Assembly: GCA_046350735.1 (NCBI GenBank)
Contig: JAXLZU010000001.1
Location: 307,950 to 371,949 of the forward strand
Source: Candidatus Saccharimonadota bacterium
Lineage (GTDB): Bacteria; Patescibacteriota; Saccharimonadia; CAILAD01; BJGX01
DNA: 64,000 nucleotides
Direction of reading: 5' to 3'
Shown here piece after piece: positions 37,896-50,225 of this stretch (positions are counted from its first letter, which is position 1; every line of letters starts with the position of its first letter). The notes beneath the pieces were generated by a model. It saw only the letters and a list, made by a program, of their open reading frames with translations, did not search any database and was not told where the DNA came from. Position numbers and translations under genes: made by a program.

Positions 37896-39140
37896 ATGTA
37901 TGCTCAGCTACTAAAAAATCGTAATTTTTTAAAGATATGGTCGGCTCAACTCGTCAGTCAAATTGCTTCCAATCTTCTCAACTTTGCTCTTATTATTCGT
38001 ATTTTCGACCTTGCTTCAAAAACACAATTCGCTAATATCTCAGTAAGTCTGCTTATTCTAAGCTTTGGTATACCGTCTATTATTTTTGCAGTATTGGCGG
38101 GGGCATATGTAGACCATCTCGACCGACGTAAAGTACTTATTGTTACCAATATTGCCAGAGCAGTACTGGTGTTGCTTTTCTTGGTTTTCGAAAATAATAT
38201 CTTTGTGGTTTATGGGCTGGTCTTTTGTATTTCTACTCTCAGCCAATTCTTTACACCTGCAGAAGGTGCGGCACTACCAAAGTTAGTAAAACCCAATCAA
38301 TTCTTAGCAGCCAATAGCTTGTTCTTATTTACGTTGTATTCGAGCTTTGTTATTGGCTATAGTCTGGCCGGTCCGGTTATAGCTACATTTGGTGGCCCAG
38401 CAGTGTATTACTTGGTAGCCGTCTCGTTTGTTTTGGCTGCACTGCTTAGCTGGGGCTTGCCCAAGCTACGCCCAGCAGAGACTGGTATTAACTTTGCTGC
38501 CATTAACAAACAAGTATTCTCAACAATTCGGTCGAGTATGCACCAAATATTTACGTCGCATAACCTTATATTCCCAATTATCAATCTCACCATTGGTCAG
38601 ATGATGATAAATGTTATCGCTGTATTAGCACCGGGCTTGGCGCTTATGCTGTTTAATCAAAGTCTTGCAGTGGTAAGTGTTAAGCTTATTGTGCCTGCAG
38701 CTATCGGAATGATAGCCGGGGCTGTCGTGGTTGGACAGTTTTTAAAGAATACCAAAAAAACCCAAATAATTACCCTGGGAATTGCACTAGCTGCGGTAAT
38801 GCTTGTAAGTATTAGCGGCTTGTATCATCTGCGCGGTATGGCTTATTTTAGCTATCTAGTTGTTGGTTTTTCTGTAGGGCTCGGTTTTGCTAATGGTCTG
38901 GTAAGTGTTTCGGCTCAAACGTTACTTCAGCTTAATTCTACCGACGAACAGCGCGGTAAAATCTTTGGTACATTAAATATGATGATGAATATTGCTGCTT
39001 CTGTGCCGGTTCTCTTGGCTGGTATAACTGCCGATCTAGTCAGCCCAGTAACTGTACTGAGTGGAGCGGGGGTTTTAATAGCAATCTATGGTATTTATCA
39101 GTACAGAGTATTTTCTAATGTTCAGCTAAAAAACAGCTAA
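37896..39140 (+). CDS. MFS transporter
   Basis: ~12 TM helices with the MFS loop motif DHLDRRKVL between TM2 and TM3; 414 aa. Confidence 0.8.
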   Translation: MYAQLLKNRNFLKIWSAQLVSQIASNLLNFALIIRIFDLASKTQFANISVSLLILSFGIPSIIFAVLAGAYVDHLDRRKVLIVTNIARAVLVLLFLVFENNIFVVYGLVFCISTLSQFFTPAEGAALPKLVKPNQFLAANSLFLFTLYSSFVIGYSLAGPVIATFGGPAVYYLVAVSFVLAALLSWGLPKLRPAETGINFAAINKQVFSTIRSSMHQIFTSHNLIFPIINLTIGQMMINVIAVLAPGLALMLFNQSLAVVSVKLIVPAAIGMIAGAVVVGQFLKNTKKTQIITLGIALAAVMLVSISGLYHLRGMAYFSYLVVGFSVGLGFANGLVSVSAQTLLQLNSTDEQRGKIFGTLNMMMNIAASVPVLLAGITADLVSPVTVLSGAGVLIAIYGIYQYRVFSNVQLKNS

Positions 39141-39147
39141 AAAACAC

Positions 39148-39177
39148 TTGACCCAATAGATATAACTAGGGTACAAT
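39148..39177 (+). promoter_or_regulatory. candidate sigma70 promoter for rpoBC (TTGACC-18 nt-TACAAT) followed by a ~240-nt leader
   Basis: -35 TTGACC at 39148-39153, -10 TACAAT at 39172-39177; the leader contains an AACCGG..CCGGTT stem followed by T6 at ~39216-39262. Confidence 0.5.
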
Positions 39178-39414
39178 ATTGCTATTAAGAAGGACGCTTA
39201 AACGAAAACAACCGGTTTATTGTAACCTAAGAAATTGGGATACGCCGGTTTTTTGTCGGTTTAGAAACACCTCCTTTCATTTAAAACAAAAGGGCAATCA
39301 GATTAGTAAAAGTAGTTAGCAGCTATACGTCTTTGGCTCTTATCTACTTACCACTAGTCTTGGTGCTCACCAGCTTCATAAACGTCGTCTAATTTAGGAA
39401 GGTATTATAATAAT

Positions 39415-42400
39415 ATGGCCAAAACCCCAGCTCCTTTGCGTATCTATGCAAACGAAACCAAAAAAGATATTCTGCCCTTACCAAATTTAATTAAAATTCA
39501 GCGCGATTCATACCAGTGGTTTGTCGATGAAGGACTAAAAGAACTTTTTGAAGAAGTTTCTCCTATCGAAGACTTTACCGGCAAAAAGTATTCCTTAACC
39601 CTTAAGGACTATCATTATGAAGCACCAAAGGCTTCAGAATCTTTGGCCAAAGAAAAAAATCTCAGCTACGAAGCCTCTCTAAAAGCTAATGTAGAGCTTC
39701 TCAATAAAGAAACCGGCGAAGTCAAAACGCAAGAAATTTTCTTGGGTGATTATCCAATTATGACAGACCGTGGTACTTTTATTATTAATGGCGTAGAACG
39801 TGTAGTAGTAAGCCAGTTGGTGCGTAGCCCTGGCGTTTTCTTTACTCGTGAAGCTGGTGCCGACTATTTTGGTGCCAAAATTATTCCTTCTCGTGGTGCC
39901 TGGCTCGAAATCGAAACTGGCCAAAACGGGGTAATGAGCGTAAAGATAGATCGCAAGCGTAAGATTGCTGTTACTGCACTATTGCGTGCCTTCGGTTATG
40001 GTACCGATAAAGAGCTCACCGAAATGTTTGCAGACGTTGATACTGGTGAGGTTAAATTTATTCAAGAAACTATCGCCAAAGATCCATCTCACTCAACTGC
40101 CGAAGCTCTAATGGAAGTCTATCGACGTATACGTCCAGGAGATATGGCTACCGTTGAGAACTCTAAGAGTCTAATAGATGGTATGTTCTTCGACTTTAAG
40201 CGTTACGATTTTTCTAAAGTGGGTCGATACAAGATGAACAAGCGTCTAGGCTTAGAATGCAAGAATATTCCAGAAAACCGCATTCTTCGTCGCGAAGACT
40301 TTGTGGCAATTATTAAAGAAGTAATTCGTATGAGCAACACGAATGCTCCAACCGAAGATATTGATCACCTAGGTAATCGCCGTCTTAAGATGGTTGGTGA
40401 GCTTATGCAGCAGCGCTTTAGAGTTGGTATTCTTCGTACCGAACGAATTGTAAAAGACCGTATGGGTATTGCTGATCCAGAAACTATCATGCCAGCCCAG
40501 CTAGTAAATGTTCGTCCAATTGTTGCTTCGGTTAAGGAATTCTTTGCTTCTCACCAACTAAGTCAGTTTATGGATCAAGTTAATCCACTGGCAGAAATTG
40601 TTCACAAGCGCCGATTAAATGCTATGGGTCCAGGTGGTTTGTCTCGAGAACGTGCTGGTTTTGAAGTTCGTGACGTGCACCGTACTCACTATGGCCGTAT
40701 TTGTCCTATTGAAACCCCAGAAGGACCAAACATTGGCTTGGTATCTACACTTGCTACCTATGCTCGGGTAAATGAGTATGGCTTTATAGAAAGCCCATAT
40801 CTAAAGGTTATTAATACTGCAGCTCCTGCTAAAGCTGTAGGAGAAATTCTTAGTCGTCAAGTAAAAGACAGCAAAGGTACTGTACTAGCAAAAGCACAAG
40901 AAAAAGTTACTGCTGCCTTGGCTAAGAAGTTAGAAAAAGCCGGTATCGAAGAAGTTCCATTAAAAGCCCGTCTTACCTCAGAAGTAGTTTATCTCGATGC
41001 CTCTGACGAAGAGAAAGCAGTGATTGCACAGGCTAATACACCAACCAATGAGCAAGGCTATTTTATAGAAAGTCGTGTATCGGTACGTGGTATTGGTGGT
41101 GAAGCTGACGAAGAAGATGTAAATAATGTAAGCTATATGGATGTTACTAGTAAGCAAACTGTTGGCGTATCTGCCAGTCTTATTCCATTCTTAGAACACG
41201 ATGATGCCAAACGTGCTCTCATGGGTGCAAACATGCAACGCCAAGCAGTAGCACTGGTACGACCAGACTCTCCAGTAGTTGGTACTGGTATAGAAGATAC
41301 TGTAGCAGTTGACTCTGGCCAAGTAATTGTTGCCGAAGAAGATGGTGAAGTTGTAAGCGCCACAGCTTCAGAAATTACCGTTAAATACAAAAAACTTGGT
41401 ACCAAAACATACGAGCTGATTACGTTTGTTCGTTCTAACCAGGCCAGCTGTATTCATCAGCGAACCGTTGCTCATGCCGGACAAAAAGTTAAAAAAGGTG
41501 ATATCCTTGCCGATGGTATGAGTACCCAAAATGGCGAGCTTGCCCTTGGGCAGAACGTAGTAGTAGCCTTTATGCCATTTGATGGTCTTAACTTTGAGGA
41601 TGCAATTGTACTTTCTCAACGACTCGTGCAAGACGATCGCTACACAAGCATCCATATCGAAACCCATCAAATTGATGTGCGCGATACCAAGCTAGGTCCA
41701 GAAGTTGTTACTCGCGATATTCCAAATGTATCAGAAGAAAGTCTTAAAGACCTCGATGACGAAGGTATTGTTCGTATCGGTGCCGAAGTAACTGCTGGTG
41801 ATATCTTGGTTGGTAAGATTACTCCAAAAGGCGAAACAGAACTCACCTCAGAAGAACGTTTATTGCGCGCTATCTTTGGCGAAAAGGCACGTGATGTAAA
41901 AGATACAAGTTTACGTATGCCAAACGGTGCTTCTGGTAAGGTAGTGGATGTTAAGATTTTGAGCCGCGAAGCTGGTGATGACTTGCCCGCTGGATGTATG
42001 ACACAGATCTATGTTGCTATTGCCGAACTTCGTAAGATTCAAGTAGGTGATAAAATGGCTGGTCGACATGGTGATAAGGGTGTTATTTCAAAAATTATGC
42101 CTATCGAAGATATGCCATACCTAGAAGATGGTACGCCTGTAGATATCGTACTAAACACTTTAGGTGTAGGTACTCGTATGAACCTCGGTCAGATACTCGA
42201 AACCCATCTTGGTTGGGCTGCTCAGGCACTTGGCTATAAGATTGCTAGCCCAGTCTTTAATGGAGTAAAAATTGACCAAATTAAAGCAGAACTTAAGAAG
42301 GCTGGTTTGCCAGAAGATGGTAAGGCCCAGCTTTACGACGGTTTTACTGGTGAGCCACTCACGCACAAAACTACCGTTGGGGTTAAATACATGCTGAAGC

Positions 42401-42933
42401 TACAGCATATGGTAGATGATAAGATTCATGCTCGCTCAACTGGTCCATACGCTATGGTTACCCAGCAGCCACTTGGTGGTAAAGCCCAAATGGGTGGACA
42501 GCGATTTGGTGAAATGGAAGTATGGGCACTTGAAGCTTATGGCGCAGCCAATACACTACAAGAAATTCTTACTATTAAGTCTGACGATGTTATTGGACGC
42601 TCAAAGGCATATGAATCAATCATTAAAGGTGAAGAGATTAAAGGCCCACGGGTACCAGAAAGCTTTAATGTGTTAGTTAAAGAATTGCAAAGTCTTGGTT
42701 TGGCAGTAGACCTCGAGCGTAGTAAGTTGGCTACAAGCATTGATGCCGAAGAAGTTTTGGCTGCCCAGACTGACGCCGAAGTAAAAGAATTAGCCGACGA
42801 AGAATTGTTGGTGGGAGAATCGGCAGCCGAAGGTGAGGCTATAGTTGACCTAACTGATGCTGGAGGCGGAGACGACTTTGCTGCATTGGCAGAAGCAGAA
42901 TTAACCAAAGATATAGAATCGGAAGAGGTATAA
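39415..42933 (+). CDS. rpoB: DNA-directed RNA polymerase subunit beta
   Basis: 1172 aa; conserved rifampicin-cluster and catalytic regions (e.g. [25 protein letters not shown]). Confidence 0.97.
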   Translation: MAKTPAPLRIYANETKKDILPLPNLIKIQRDSYQWFVDEGLKELFEEVSPIEDFTGKKYSLTLKDYHYEAPKASESLAKEKNLSYEASLKANVELLNKETGEVKTQEIFLGDYPIMTDRGTFIINGVERVVVSQLVRSPGVFFTREAGADYFGAKIIPSRGAWLEIETGQNGVMSVKIDRKRKIAVTALLRAFGYGTDKELTEMFADVDTGEVKFIQETIAKDPSHSTAEALMEVYRRIRPGDMATVENSKSLIDGMFFDFKRYDFSKVGRYKMNKRLGLECKNIPENRILRREDFVAIIKEVIRMSNTNAPTEDIDHLGNRRLKMVGELMQQRFRVGILRTERIVKDRMGIADPETIMPAQLVNVRPIVASVKEFFASHQLSQFMDQVNPLAEIVHKRRLNAMGPGGLSRERAGFEVRDVHRTHYGRICPIETPEGPNIGLVSTLATYARVNEYGFIESPYLKVINTAAPAKAVGEILSRQVKDSKGTVLAKAQEKVTAALAKKLEKAGIEEVPLKARLTSEVVYLDASDEEKAVIAQANTPTNEQGYFIESRVSVRGIGGEADEEDVNNVSYMDVTSKQTVGVSASLIPFLEHDDAKRALMGANMQRQAVALVRPDSPVVGTGIEDTVAVDSGQVIVAEEDGEVVSATASEITVKYKKLGTKTYELITFVRSNQASCIHQRTVAHAGQKVKKGDILADGMSTQNGELALGQNVVVAFMPFDGLNFEDAIVLSQRLVQDDRYTSIHIETHQIDVRDTKLGPEVVTRDIPNVSEESLKDLDDEGIVRIGAEVTAGDILVGKITPKGETELTSEERLLRAIFGEKARDVKDTSLRMPNGASGKVVDVKILSREAGDDLPAGCMTQIYVAIAELRKIQVGDKMAGRHGDKGVISKIMPIEDMPYLEDGTPVDIVLNTLGVGTRMNLGQILETHLGWAAQALGYKIASPVFNGVKIDQIKAELKKAGLPEDGKAQLYDGFTGEPLTHKTTVGVKYMLKLQHMVDDKIHARSTGPYAMVTQQPLGGKAQMGGQRFGEMEVWALEAYGAANTLQEILTIKSDDVIGRSKAYESIIKGEEIKGPRVPESFNVLVKELQSLGLAVDLERSKLATSIDAEEVLAAQTDAEVKELADEELLVGESAAEGEAIVDLTDAGGGDDFAALAEAELTKDIESEEV

Positions 42934-42935
42934 AA

Positions 42936-45900
42936 ATGGATAGAGACACACTTATTCACGAACAACAAATTATCGATTTCGATGGTATTCGCCTTGGCGT
43001 AGCCAGCTCAGATCATATTCTCGACTGGTCGCATGGTGAAGTGGTAAAACCAGAAACCATCAATTATCGTACACAAAAGCCAGAAAAAGATGGGTTATTC
43101 TGCGAAAAAATCTTCGGCCCTACTAAAGATTGGCAGTGTTACTGTGGTAAATATAAAGGCATTCGTTACAAAGGTATAGTTTGTGACAAATGTGGAGTTT
43201 TGGTAACTCGTGCGATTGTACGACGCGAACGAATGGGACATATTGGTCTATCTGTTCCAGTAGCTCACATCTGGTTCTTACGTGGTACACCAAGCCCAAT
43301 TAGTCTGGTACTTAATGTCGGTATTCGCGACCTAGAACGAGTTGTGTATTTTGCTAACTTTATCGTTACCGATGTCGATGAGAAGCTAAAGACCGAGGCC
43401 CTAGAAGAACTCGATCGCGACTTTAATACAAAACGCAAAGATATTTTGCAGAAGCATCAAATAAAAGATGCAAAAAATGCCGAGATTTCAGAAGAAGCCA
43501 CCAAAGAGCTAACTGACCTCGAGACTAACTATACGAATGCCAAGACCGATCTAAGTAATTTGGCTAAATACCAATTGCTTCCAGAAGGTCGTTACCGCGA
43601 GCTTAATATGAAGTTTGGGCAGGTATTTAAAGCTGGTATTGGTGCCGAAGCACTTCAATTGCTTTTGGAAGAAATCGATCTTAAAAAACTTGTAAAAGAT
43701 CTTCGTAAAGAGTCAGAAGAAGCACAGGGACAAAAGAAGAAAAAAGCTCTTAAGCGCCTTAAGCTAATTGAAGGCATGGAGCAAGCTGGTATTCGTCCAG
43801 AATCGATGATAATGACTAATGTACCTGTTATTCCACCAGATTTGCGACCAATGGTACAGCTCGACGGTGGTCGTTTTGCAGCATCAGATCTTAACGATTT
43901 GTATCGTCGTGTAATTAATCGTAATAACCGACTTAAGAAGCTCTATAACCTACAAGCCCCAGAAGTAATTTGCCGCAACGAAAAGCGAATGCTACAAGAA
44001 GCTGTGGATGCACTTATCGATAACAATGCTCGACGTGATCGTGCCGTTTCTGCAGCTGGTAGTCGTAAAAAGCTAAAGAGCTTAACAGACTTGCTCAAAG
44101 GTAAGCAGGGACGATTTAGACAGAACTTGCTTGGTAAGCGCGTAGATTATTCTGGTCGATCAGTAATTGTTATTGGTCCGCATCTTAAGCTAGACCAGTG
44201 TGGTCTACCTAAGATGATGGCGCTCGAGCTCTTTAAGCCATTTGTTATTGGCCAGTTAATAGAAAAAGGCATTGCTCATAATGTAAAAAGTGCTAGTAGA
44301 ATGATAGAGCGAGCACGTACAGAAGTTTGGGATACACTAGAAGAAGTTATTTCTGGCAAATACGTGTTACTTAACCGTGCGCCTACCTTGCACCGTCTTG
44401 GTATTCAGGCTTTTAAACCAGTCTTAATTGAAGGTAAAGCTATTCAGCTTCACCCAATGGTATGTACTGCCTTTAATGCCGACTTCGATGGTGACCAAAT
44501 GGCTGTACACGTTCCACTGTCTGAAGCTGCACAGGCCGAAGCCCGAGAAATAATGCTTTCTAAGATTAACTTGCTTAAGCCAAGTAGTGGTGAGCCAGTT
44601 GTTAACCCAAGCCAAGATATTGTGTTAGGCTGCTACTTCTTAACCAGCGAAATTACTGAAGGTTTGGGTGCTGGTAAGGTATTTAGTAATACCGATGAAG
44701 CAATTATGGCTTTCCAAGAAAAATGTGTAGATTTGCGAGCAAAAATTAAAGTCCGCCTCGAGAGTGGTATTATCGAAACTACTCCTGGCCGTCTACTCTT
44801 TAATGAAATCCTGCCACCAGAAATTGATTTTGTTAACGAGACAGTAACTAAGAGCAAGCTAAAACGCATTATGGCACAAGTCTTTACTATAAAAGGCCAA
44901 GAAGCCACAGCAGACCTAGCTGATGCTATTAAGAACCTTGGTTTCCGCTATGCTACTAGCTCTGGTATCTCAATTGGTATGGATGACCTAGTTATTCCTG
45001 CCAACCGCGATAAATTAGTAGCTGCCGCCGAAGCAAAGACTATCGAGTATATTAATCAGTACCAACAAGGTCTTATTACTAACGAAGAACGTCGTGCTCA
45101 CACCGTAGATGTATGGAAGAAGACTGGTGAAGAGGTAGAAGCAGAACTAGAAAATACTCTTCTCGAATCTGACTCTACACTGTATGACGATTTGCAGTCA
45201 GGTGCACGTGCTAGTATTGGTCAGATAAATAAGATGAGCGGTATGCTTGGTCTAATGCTTTCTCCTTCGGGACGTATTATTGAGCTACCGGTAAAATCTA
45301 ACTATAAAGATGGTTTGGGAGTGCTTGAATACTTTATCTCTACGCATGGTGCCCGTAAGGGTCTTACCGACACGGCTTTGCGAACTTCAGAGTCTGGATA
45401 TCTTACCCGTCGTCTGGTTGATGTTGCTCAGGACGTTGTAATTACCGAACCAGATTGTGGCGACAAAGAAGGCTACATTATGACTCGCAGCGAAGCTTTG
45501 GCTACTGGTGAAGAAGGCTTGAGTGCCTGGATAGCTGGCCGTACTGCGATGAAGAAAGTTGTTCATCCAAAGACCAACGAAGTAATTGTAAAAGCCGGAG
45601 CTACAATTGGTGATGATGCTGCAAAGCTTATCGACCAACTCGAAATAGAAGCTGTGCATATCCGCTCTATTCTCAAGTGTAAAAGCACTTGGGGTCTATG
45701 CCAGCGCTGTTACGGTCTCGATTTGGCTAAAGGCACACCTATCGAAATGGGAGAAGCTGTTGGTATTGTAGCCGCCCAAAGTATTGGTGAGCCAGGTACC
45801 CAGCTAACCATGAACACCAAACACTCTACTGGTATTGGTGGTGATATTACTCAAGGTTTACCGCGTGTTGAAGAAATTTTTGAAGCTCGCGCACCAAAGG

Positions 45901-46727
45901 GCCAAGCTATCTTGGCCGACATTGAGGGTACTGTTAAGATTACCAAAAAAGATAATAAGCAGCTTATTACAGTAATTCCGCTAAATCAAAAAGTTACCGA
46001 ATACGAGCTAAAAGACATGAAGCCATCTGTTAAAACTGGTGATACTGTAAAAAGAAGTGCTGTAATGGCCAAGTCAGCTGACGGTAAGAAGACTATTAAA
46101 GCTGGTGGTAACGGTACTGTAAAAGTTACCAAAGATGGTATTACTCTTGTACATGAAGGCGGCAACTTGCGCGAGTATACTGTGAGTGAATATACCACTC
46201 TCGAAGTAAAGAATGGCGATACAGTCTCTATTGGCCAACGTCTTACTGAGGGATCGGTTAACTTACAAGACATGCTCTTGCTTAGTGGTGAAGAAGCTGT
46301 ACAGCGTTATATTATTGACGAAGTACAAGCTATCTACTTAAGTCAGGGCCAAACAATTGCTGCCAAGCACATTGAGGTGATTATTCGTCAGATGTTTAGT
46401 CGTGTACGTATTGAAGAACCAAACGATACAGATTTTATTTCTGGTGATATTGTTTCTACTACTGCACTCAACGAAGAAAATATGCGTGCAAAAGACAATA
46501 AGGGCAAACCAGCTACTTATGAGAAGCTATTAATGCCAATTACTAAGATTTCTACTAGTTCTGATAGCTGGCTCTCTGCTGCTAGCTTCCAAGAAACCAC
46601 CAAGGTGCTTATTTCTGGAGCCATGCGTGGCAAGGTAGACAAGCTTCATGGTCTAAAAGAAAACGTTATTATCGGTCGGTTAATTCCTGTCGGTACTGGT
46701 TTTCGTGATGATGAAGATAATGCTTGA
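42936..46727 (+). CDS. rpoC: DNA-directed RNA polymerase subunit beta'
   Basis: 1263 aa; zinc-binding [20 protein letters not shown], catalytic NADFDGD motif. Confidence 0.97.
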   Translation: MDRDTLIHEQQIIDFDGIRLGVASSDHILDWSHGEVVKPETINYRTQKPEKDGLFCEKIFGPTKDWQCYCGKYKGIRYKGIVCDKCGVLVTRAIVRRERMGHIGLSVPVAHIWFLRGTPSPISLVLNVGIRDLERVVYFANFIVTDVDEKLKTEALEELDRDFNTKRKDILQKHQIKDAKNAEISEEATKELTDLETNYTNAKTDLSNLAKYQLLPEGRYRELNMKFGQVFKAGIGAEALQLLLEEIDLKKLVKDLRKESEEAQGQKKKKALKRLKLIEGMEQAGIRPESMIMTNVPVIPPDLRPMVQLDGGRFAASDLNDLYRRVINRNNRLKKLYNLQAPEVICRNEKRMLQEAVDALIDNNARRDRAVSAAGSRKKLKSLTDLLKGKQGRFRQNLLGKRVDYSGRSVIVIGPHLKLDQCGLPKMMALELFKPFVIGQLIEKGIAHNVKSASRMIERARTEVWDTLEEVISGKYVLLNRAPTLHRLGIQAFKPVLIEGKAIQLHPMVCTAFNADFDGDQMAVHVPLSEAAQAEAREIMLSKINLLKPSSGEPVVNPSQDIVLGCYFLTSEITEGLGAGKVFSNTDEAIMAFQEKCVDLRAKIKVRLESGIIETTPGRLLFNEILPPEIDFVNETVTKSKLKRIMAQVFTIKGQEATADLADAIKNLGFRYATSSGISIGMDDLVIPANRDKLVAAAEAKTIEYINQYQQGLITNEERRAHTVDVWKKTGEEVEAELENTLLESDSTLYDDLQSGARASIGQINKMSGMLGLMLSPSGRIIELPVKSNYKDGLGVLEYFISTHGARKGLTDTALRTSESGYLTRRLVDVAQDVVITEPDCGDKEGYIMTRSEALATGEEGLSAWIAGRTAMKKVVHPKTNEVIVKAGATIGDDAAKLIDQLEIEAVHIRSILKCKSTWGLCQRCYGLDLAKGTPIEMGEAVGIVAAQSIGEPGTQLTMNTKHSTGIGGDITQGLPRVEEIFEARAPKGQAILADIEGTVKITKKDNKQLITVIPLNQKVTEYELKDMKPSVKTGDTVKRSAVMAKSADGKKTIKAGGNGTVKVTKDGITLVHEGGNLREYTVSEYTTLEVKNGDTVSIGQRLTEGSVNLQDMLLLSGEEAVQRYIIDEVQAIYLSQGQTIAAKHIEVIIRQMFSRVRIEEPNDTDFISGDIVSTTALNEENMRAKDNKGKPATYEKLLMPITKISTSSDSWLSAASFQETTKVLISGAMRGKVDKLHGLKENVIIGRLIPVGTGFRDDEDNA

Positions 46728-46761
46728 TTAACAGATAAGAATCTGATAGAATACTTTTGTT

Positions 46762-47187
46762 ATGCCAACAATCAACCAACTAATTCGCAAACCACGTGTT
46801 CGTAAAGTAAAGAAAACCAAGGCTCCAGCCCTGGGGAAGAGCTTTAACGCACTTAAAGTCCGCTCTACTAGCATGAACTCACCACTAAAACGTGGGGTTT
46901 GTACAAAAGTGTTTACCCAAACACCTAAGAAGCCAAACTCGGCGCTTCGTAAGGTTGCCCGTGTACGCCTTACAAACGGTATGGAAGTAACTGCCTATAT
47001 TGGTGGTGAAGGTCACAACCTGCAAGAACACTCTGTTGTGCTGATTCGTGGTGGCCGTGTAAAAGACTTACCTGGTGTGCGTTATCACGTGGTACGTGGT
47101 GCGCTCGACACCGGTGGGGTATCAGATCGCAAACAAGGTCGTAGCAAATATGGTACCAAGCTAGAAAAGGGCGGAAAGAGCGAATAA
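46762..47187 (+). CDS. rpsL: 30S ribosomal protein S12
   Basis: [12 protein letters not shown]...KKPNSALRK; 141 aa. Confidence 0.97.
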   Translation: MPTINQLIRKPRVRKVKKTKAPALGKSFNALKVRSTSMNSPLKRGVCTKVFTQTPKKPNSALRKVARVRLTNGMEVTAYIGGEGHNLQEHSVVLIRGGRVKDLPGVRYHVVRGALDTGGVSDRKQGRSKYGTKLEKGGKSE

Positions 47188-47663
47188 TGCCAAGAAAAAC
47201 TACCAAATCTCTCAAACGAGTTATTCCAGCAGATACTAAGTATCAGAATGTTTTGGTGCAAAAAACCATCAATAAGGTAATGAAAGACGGCAAAAAACGT
47301 CTTGCCGAGAACTTGGTTTATTCTGCAATAGAATCTGCTGCTGCCAAGAGCAAGAAAGAACCTGTAGAAATTCTCGAGCTAGCGGTAAAGAATGTTAGCC
47401 CAGCGGTAATGGTAAAGAGCAAGCGTATTGGCGGTGCTAACTATCAGGTACCTATGGAAGTTAGAGGCGATAGAAAAACCCACTATGCACTTACCTGGAT
47501 ATTGGATAGTGCTCGTAACAAGTCTGGTAAGAGTTTCGACAAAAAACTCTCTGCCGAGCTATTAGCTGCAGCCAATAACGAAGGTGATGCCATTAAGAAA
47601 AAACAGGATGCTCACCAAATGGCCGAGGCTAACAAGGCCTTTGCTCACTTTGCCAGATACTAA
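47187..47663 (+). CDS. rpsG: 30S ribosomal protein S7
   Basis: 158 aa with the typical S7 core; start overlaps the rpsL stop. Confidence 0.95.
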   Translation: MPRKTTKSLKRVIPADTKYQNVLVQKTINKVMKDGKKRLAENLVYSAIESAAAKSKKEPVEILELAVKNVSPAVMVKSKRIGGANYQVPMEVRGDRKTHYALTWILDSARNKSGKSFDKKLSAELLAAANNEGDAIKKKQDAHQMAEANKAFAHFARY

Positions 47664-47678
47664 GCAAATATCAAAAAA

Positions 47679-47701
47679 CCACCTGAAAATGGTGGTTTTT
47701 T
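47679..47701 (+). terminator. rho-independent terminator after rpsG (CCACC-TGAAAAT-GGTGG + T6)
   Basis: Hairpin followed by TTTTTT immediately after the rpsG stop; in most bacteria fusA follows rpsG without a break. Confidence 0.7.
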
Positions 47702-47718
47702 GATATATAAAAACCCAA

Positions 47719-48108
47719 TCATTGCCGATTGGGTATATTTGCACGTTGATTCTTGACTCTCTGATAAATCTTTATCCCGGGCCAGCTTAGTAGCCAGATA
47801 GTAAAGATTGGCCAGCAAAGAATTGCTAAAACTATTTTTGGCTGAGTATCTACCTGGATCTTGCTCCAGCCTCGAAACCCATAGCAATACTTCTGAGAAA
47901 TCCTTTTTGATAGTGAGAAGGTATTGTTAAGCCAGGCTGGCGTTCCACTGAATAGTACGATTAGTACACGTATGGTAAAGTCGGGATTAACAGATATAAC
48001 CAGAATTAATGTAAAGAAGAAGAGGTAGCAAATATAGGCTTTTACTACAGCAAAGGCAAACTCACCATATGGCGCATTTCTCCTGCTAACGAGCTCTTCT
48101 GTCTCCAT
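47719..48108 (-). CDS. hypothetical membrane protein
   Basis: 129 aa with 3 TM helices; minus-strand terminator hairpin CCCAATC..GATTGGG at 47711-47738. Confidence 0.45.
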   Translation of the reverse strand: METEELVSRRNAPYGEFAFAVVKAYICYLFFFTLILVISVNPDFTIRVLIVLFSGTPAWLNNTFSLSKRISQKYCYGFRGWSKIQVDTQPKIVLAILCWPIFTIWLLSWPGIKIYQRVKNQRANIPNRQ

Positions 48109-48186
48109 GTCGCTCCATGGCCTAGAGGTTCAAAGCTAGAATATAATACCACAAATTATTAATTATTACAATAAAAAACCCAAACT

Positions 48187-48591
48187 CTAAAGTTCGGGTA
48201 GTGCAGCTAAAAGTGCTGCATACATCTCATCGATGATTTTCTGTAGCTCATCGATTTCAAACATCTGACATTCTTCAGAAAACTGGCTATATACAGCGAT
48301 GTACTTTTCTCTTAACTCGTAACTGTCAATCTCACCAAATCGATTTTGTTCGAAAGCATGCTTGAAGGCTTCCTCTGCTTCTTTCAATATTCTCTGCTTG
48401 AGCGTTGCTTTGTATTTGAGTAATTCAATCTTATTGGCAGAATTTTCTTCTAATTCATGGAGATATTTTGCTTGGTAGCTTCTTTTTTGTAGCAGAGCTA
48501 CGACTATATTGGTAATAACTTCAAGAACCTTTGTAATACTGAGAAAGATAACAAGAGCAAAGATGACATTGATTTCATCGGCTGTTGTCAC
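48187..48591 (-). CDS. hypothetical protein with N-terminal TM helix
   Basis: 134-aa ORF. Confidence 0.45.
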   Translation of the reverse strand: MTTADEINVIFALVIFLSITKVLEVITNIVVALLQKRSYQAKYLHELEENSANKIELLKYKATLKQRILKEAEEAFKHAFEQNRFGEIDSYELREKYIAVYSQFSEECQMFEIDELQKIIDEMYAALLAALPEL

Positions 48592-48666
48592 CCGTAACCA
48601 CCTCCTGGTACAAGACTACGATATATTATCATAATATTAGTATTTAGTAAATAAAAAACCCAATCA

Positions 48667-49212
48667 TTACTGATTGGGAAGTATTTTGGCCAGAACTTGG
48701 CTGAGACGTGGTTCGGCCAGGCCGGTGCCATAGTTCCACATTAACCCTTTATAGTGACGGCGACCATAGCTACCCAGCTCAATGCCGGTGTAGTGTTCTA
48801 CTATATCGGTTTGTTCATACGGAAAGTATTGGTACTTTGTCTTGCAGTAACCCGTAAAGAACCCTAATGCAATATATGCAAGCTCCATAAAACTAGTTGG
48901 TTGATTCGTAATCTCGATAAGCTCGACTTTGTAGAAGTAGGGGAGGTGTAGCTCGTCGTATGCTTCATCTCGAAAACAAGGTGTAGTGCACTGATATCTA
49001 CCCTCAGAGAGCTCATTATTGAGTATTAAGTGCAAAAAACTTTGCTCGCCGCTGGCTGGCAAAAACCCGCCAAGTGTAAAGAATGGAAAAGATCCTTCAG
49101 GAAAAGTTGCTTCGTATGCTTCTCGACAAACCACCCAAGGAACATCAATTTTTTTAAACCCCGCTGCTTCATAATAGGCTTCGGCAGCAGCAATTTTGGT
49201 GTGATCAATCAT
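48667..49212 (-). CDS. minimal class II aminoacyl-tRNA-synthetase-like catalytic-core protein (AspRS/AsnA-type motif 2)
   Basis: 181 aa carrying all three class II motifs in compact form: motif 1-like AGFKKIDVPWVV, motif 2 CFRDE(x9)YFYKVELIEI (compare E. coli AspRS CFRDEDLRADRQPEFTQID), motif 3-like GTGLAEPRL. Confidence 0.5.
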   Translation of the reverse strand: MIDHTKIAAAEAYYEAAGFKKIDVPWVVCREAYEATFPEGSFPFFTLGGFLPASGEQSFLHLILNNELSEGRYQCTTPCFRDEAYDELHLPYFYKVELIEITNQPTSFMELAYIALGFFTGYCKTKYQYFPYEQTDIVEHYTGIELGSYGRRHYKGLMWNYGTGLAEPRLSQVLAKILPNQ

Positions 49213-49472
49213 TTTCTTGCTCCGTTCTGGAATGCGCGAGCAGTGATATTACTCATAACAATCAGGTCATTCAGACTAATCGAAGGATGTTCTTCTTGTA
49301 GATAGAGACGAATGGCACCGATGAGATCACTCAACTCTTGCAGAGCCATCAGACTACATTCTTGTTCGAGTGCATCCTCAAACTCCTCAAGTTCCTCTCG
49401 TATCTTACCGGCGCTCCCTGTAGGTTGTTTTGCAATATCTGCTAGGTGGTAACCTGGTTTTTTTACCGGCAT
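49209..49472 (-). CDS. MazG-like all-alpha NTP pyrophosphohydrolase domain protein
   Basis: 87 aa; IREELEEFEDA...ELSDLIGAI...LNDLIV pattern typical of MazG/EE-x2-E all-alpha NTP-PPase; ATGA overlap with the downstream gene. Confidence 0.45.
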   Translation of the reverse strand: MPVKKPGYHLADIAKQPTGSAGKIREELEEFEDALEQECSLMALQELSDLIGAIRLYLQEEHPSISLNDLIVMSNITARAFQNGARK

Positions 49473-50119
49473 ATTGCCCCTCCTTTGGTCGTAGTAATAA
49501 TTAGCTCATGAACTTGTGCAATCTTTTCTTCGAGTGGAATTATAGAGCTAATACAATGGAAATTATTTCTTAGTTTCCAAACGTCAAAAGTGAGTTGGTT
49601 TACTCGCTTTGCATCCCCCAGGGATTCATATCGGTGCTCATTACCGATTTTGCCAAACAGATCGGGTTTGCCTACTGCGAGAGATTCTAGAAAAATAACT
49701 AGGTTATAACGACGTTGTAGCGTGTTTATAGTTATATCGAATTGGGATGTGAAGCCAGAAGTATTCTCGGGATGATAAGCAGCGATGTCAATCATTCCTC
49801 TGTCGCAGATCATTAAACTTTTTCTTTCAAGTCTAGCTTCTGCAACTGCTAAATCTTCTAGTGCTAACTGTGTATGATAGACTGCACTCTGAAAATGTCG
49901 CATCCAGCTATTAAATTGTTCATTACCAAGAAACCTTTGTGCTGGGGGTGGTGGAAACCCACCACTAAGAATAAGTGTGGCACATTCTGGTACAAAAACT
50001 GCTTCTTCATTCAATCTATCTTTTAATGCATTTACCACGGTAGTTTTACCTGCACATGGACCGCCAGTAATCACTATTTTTTTCATTTGTCTCCTTCGGT
50101 TGTTAAGGTACTTTTCCAC
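49463..50119 (-). CDS. P-loop NTPase / small-molecule kinase-like protein (AAA_28, NadR-RNK-like)
   Basis: Walker A ITGGPCAGKTT immediately at the N-terminus; 218 aa; no second AAA+ features. Confidence 0.5.
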   Translation of the reverse strand: MEKYLNNRRRQMKKIVITGGPCAGKTTVVNALKDRLNEEAVFVPECATLILSGGFPPPPAQRFLGNEQFNSWMRHFQSAVYHTQLALEDLAVAEARLERKSLMICDRGMIDIAAYHPENTSGFTSQFDITINTLQRRYNLVIFLESLAVGKPDLFGKIGNEHRYESLGDAKRVNQLTFDVWKLRNNFHCISSIIPLEEKIAQVHELIITTTKGGAICR

Positions 50120-50225
50120 ATTATATTTACCTCAAAATTTTATCTAGTCTAGAGATTTTTACTCAAAATTATTTAACCAATCAATAAATTGACTCAAATA
50201 ATCTGTGGATATATAGTACTTAGTA

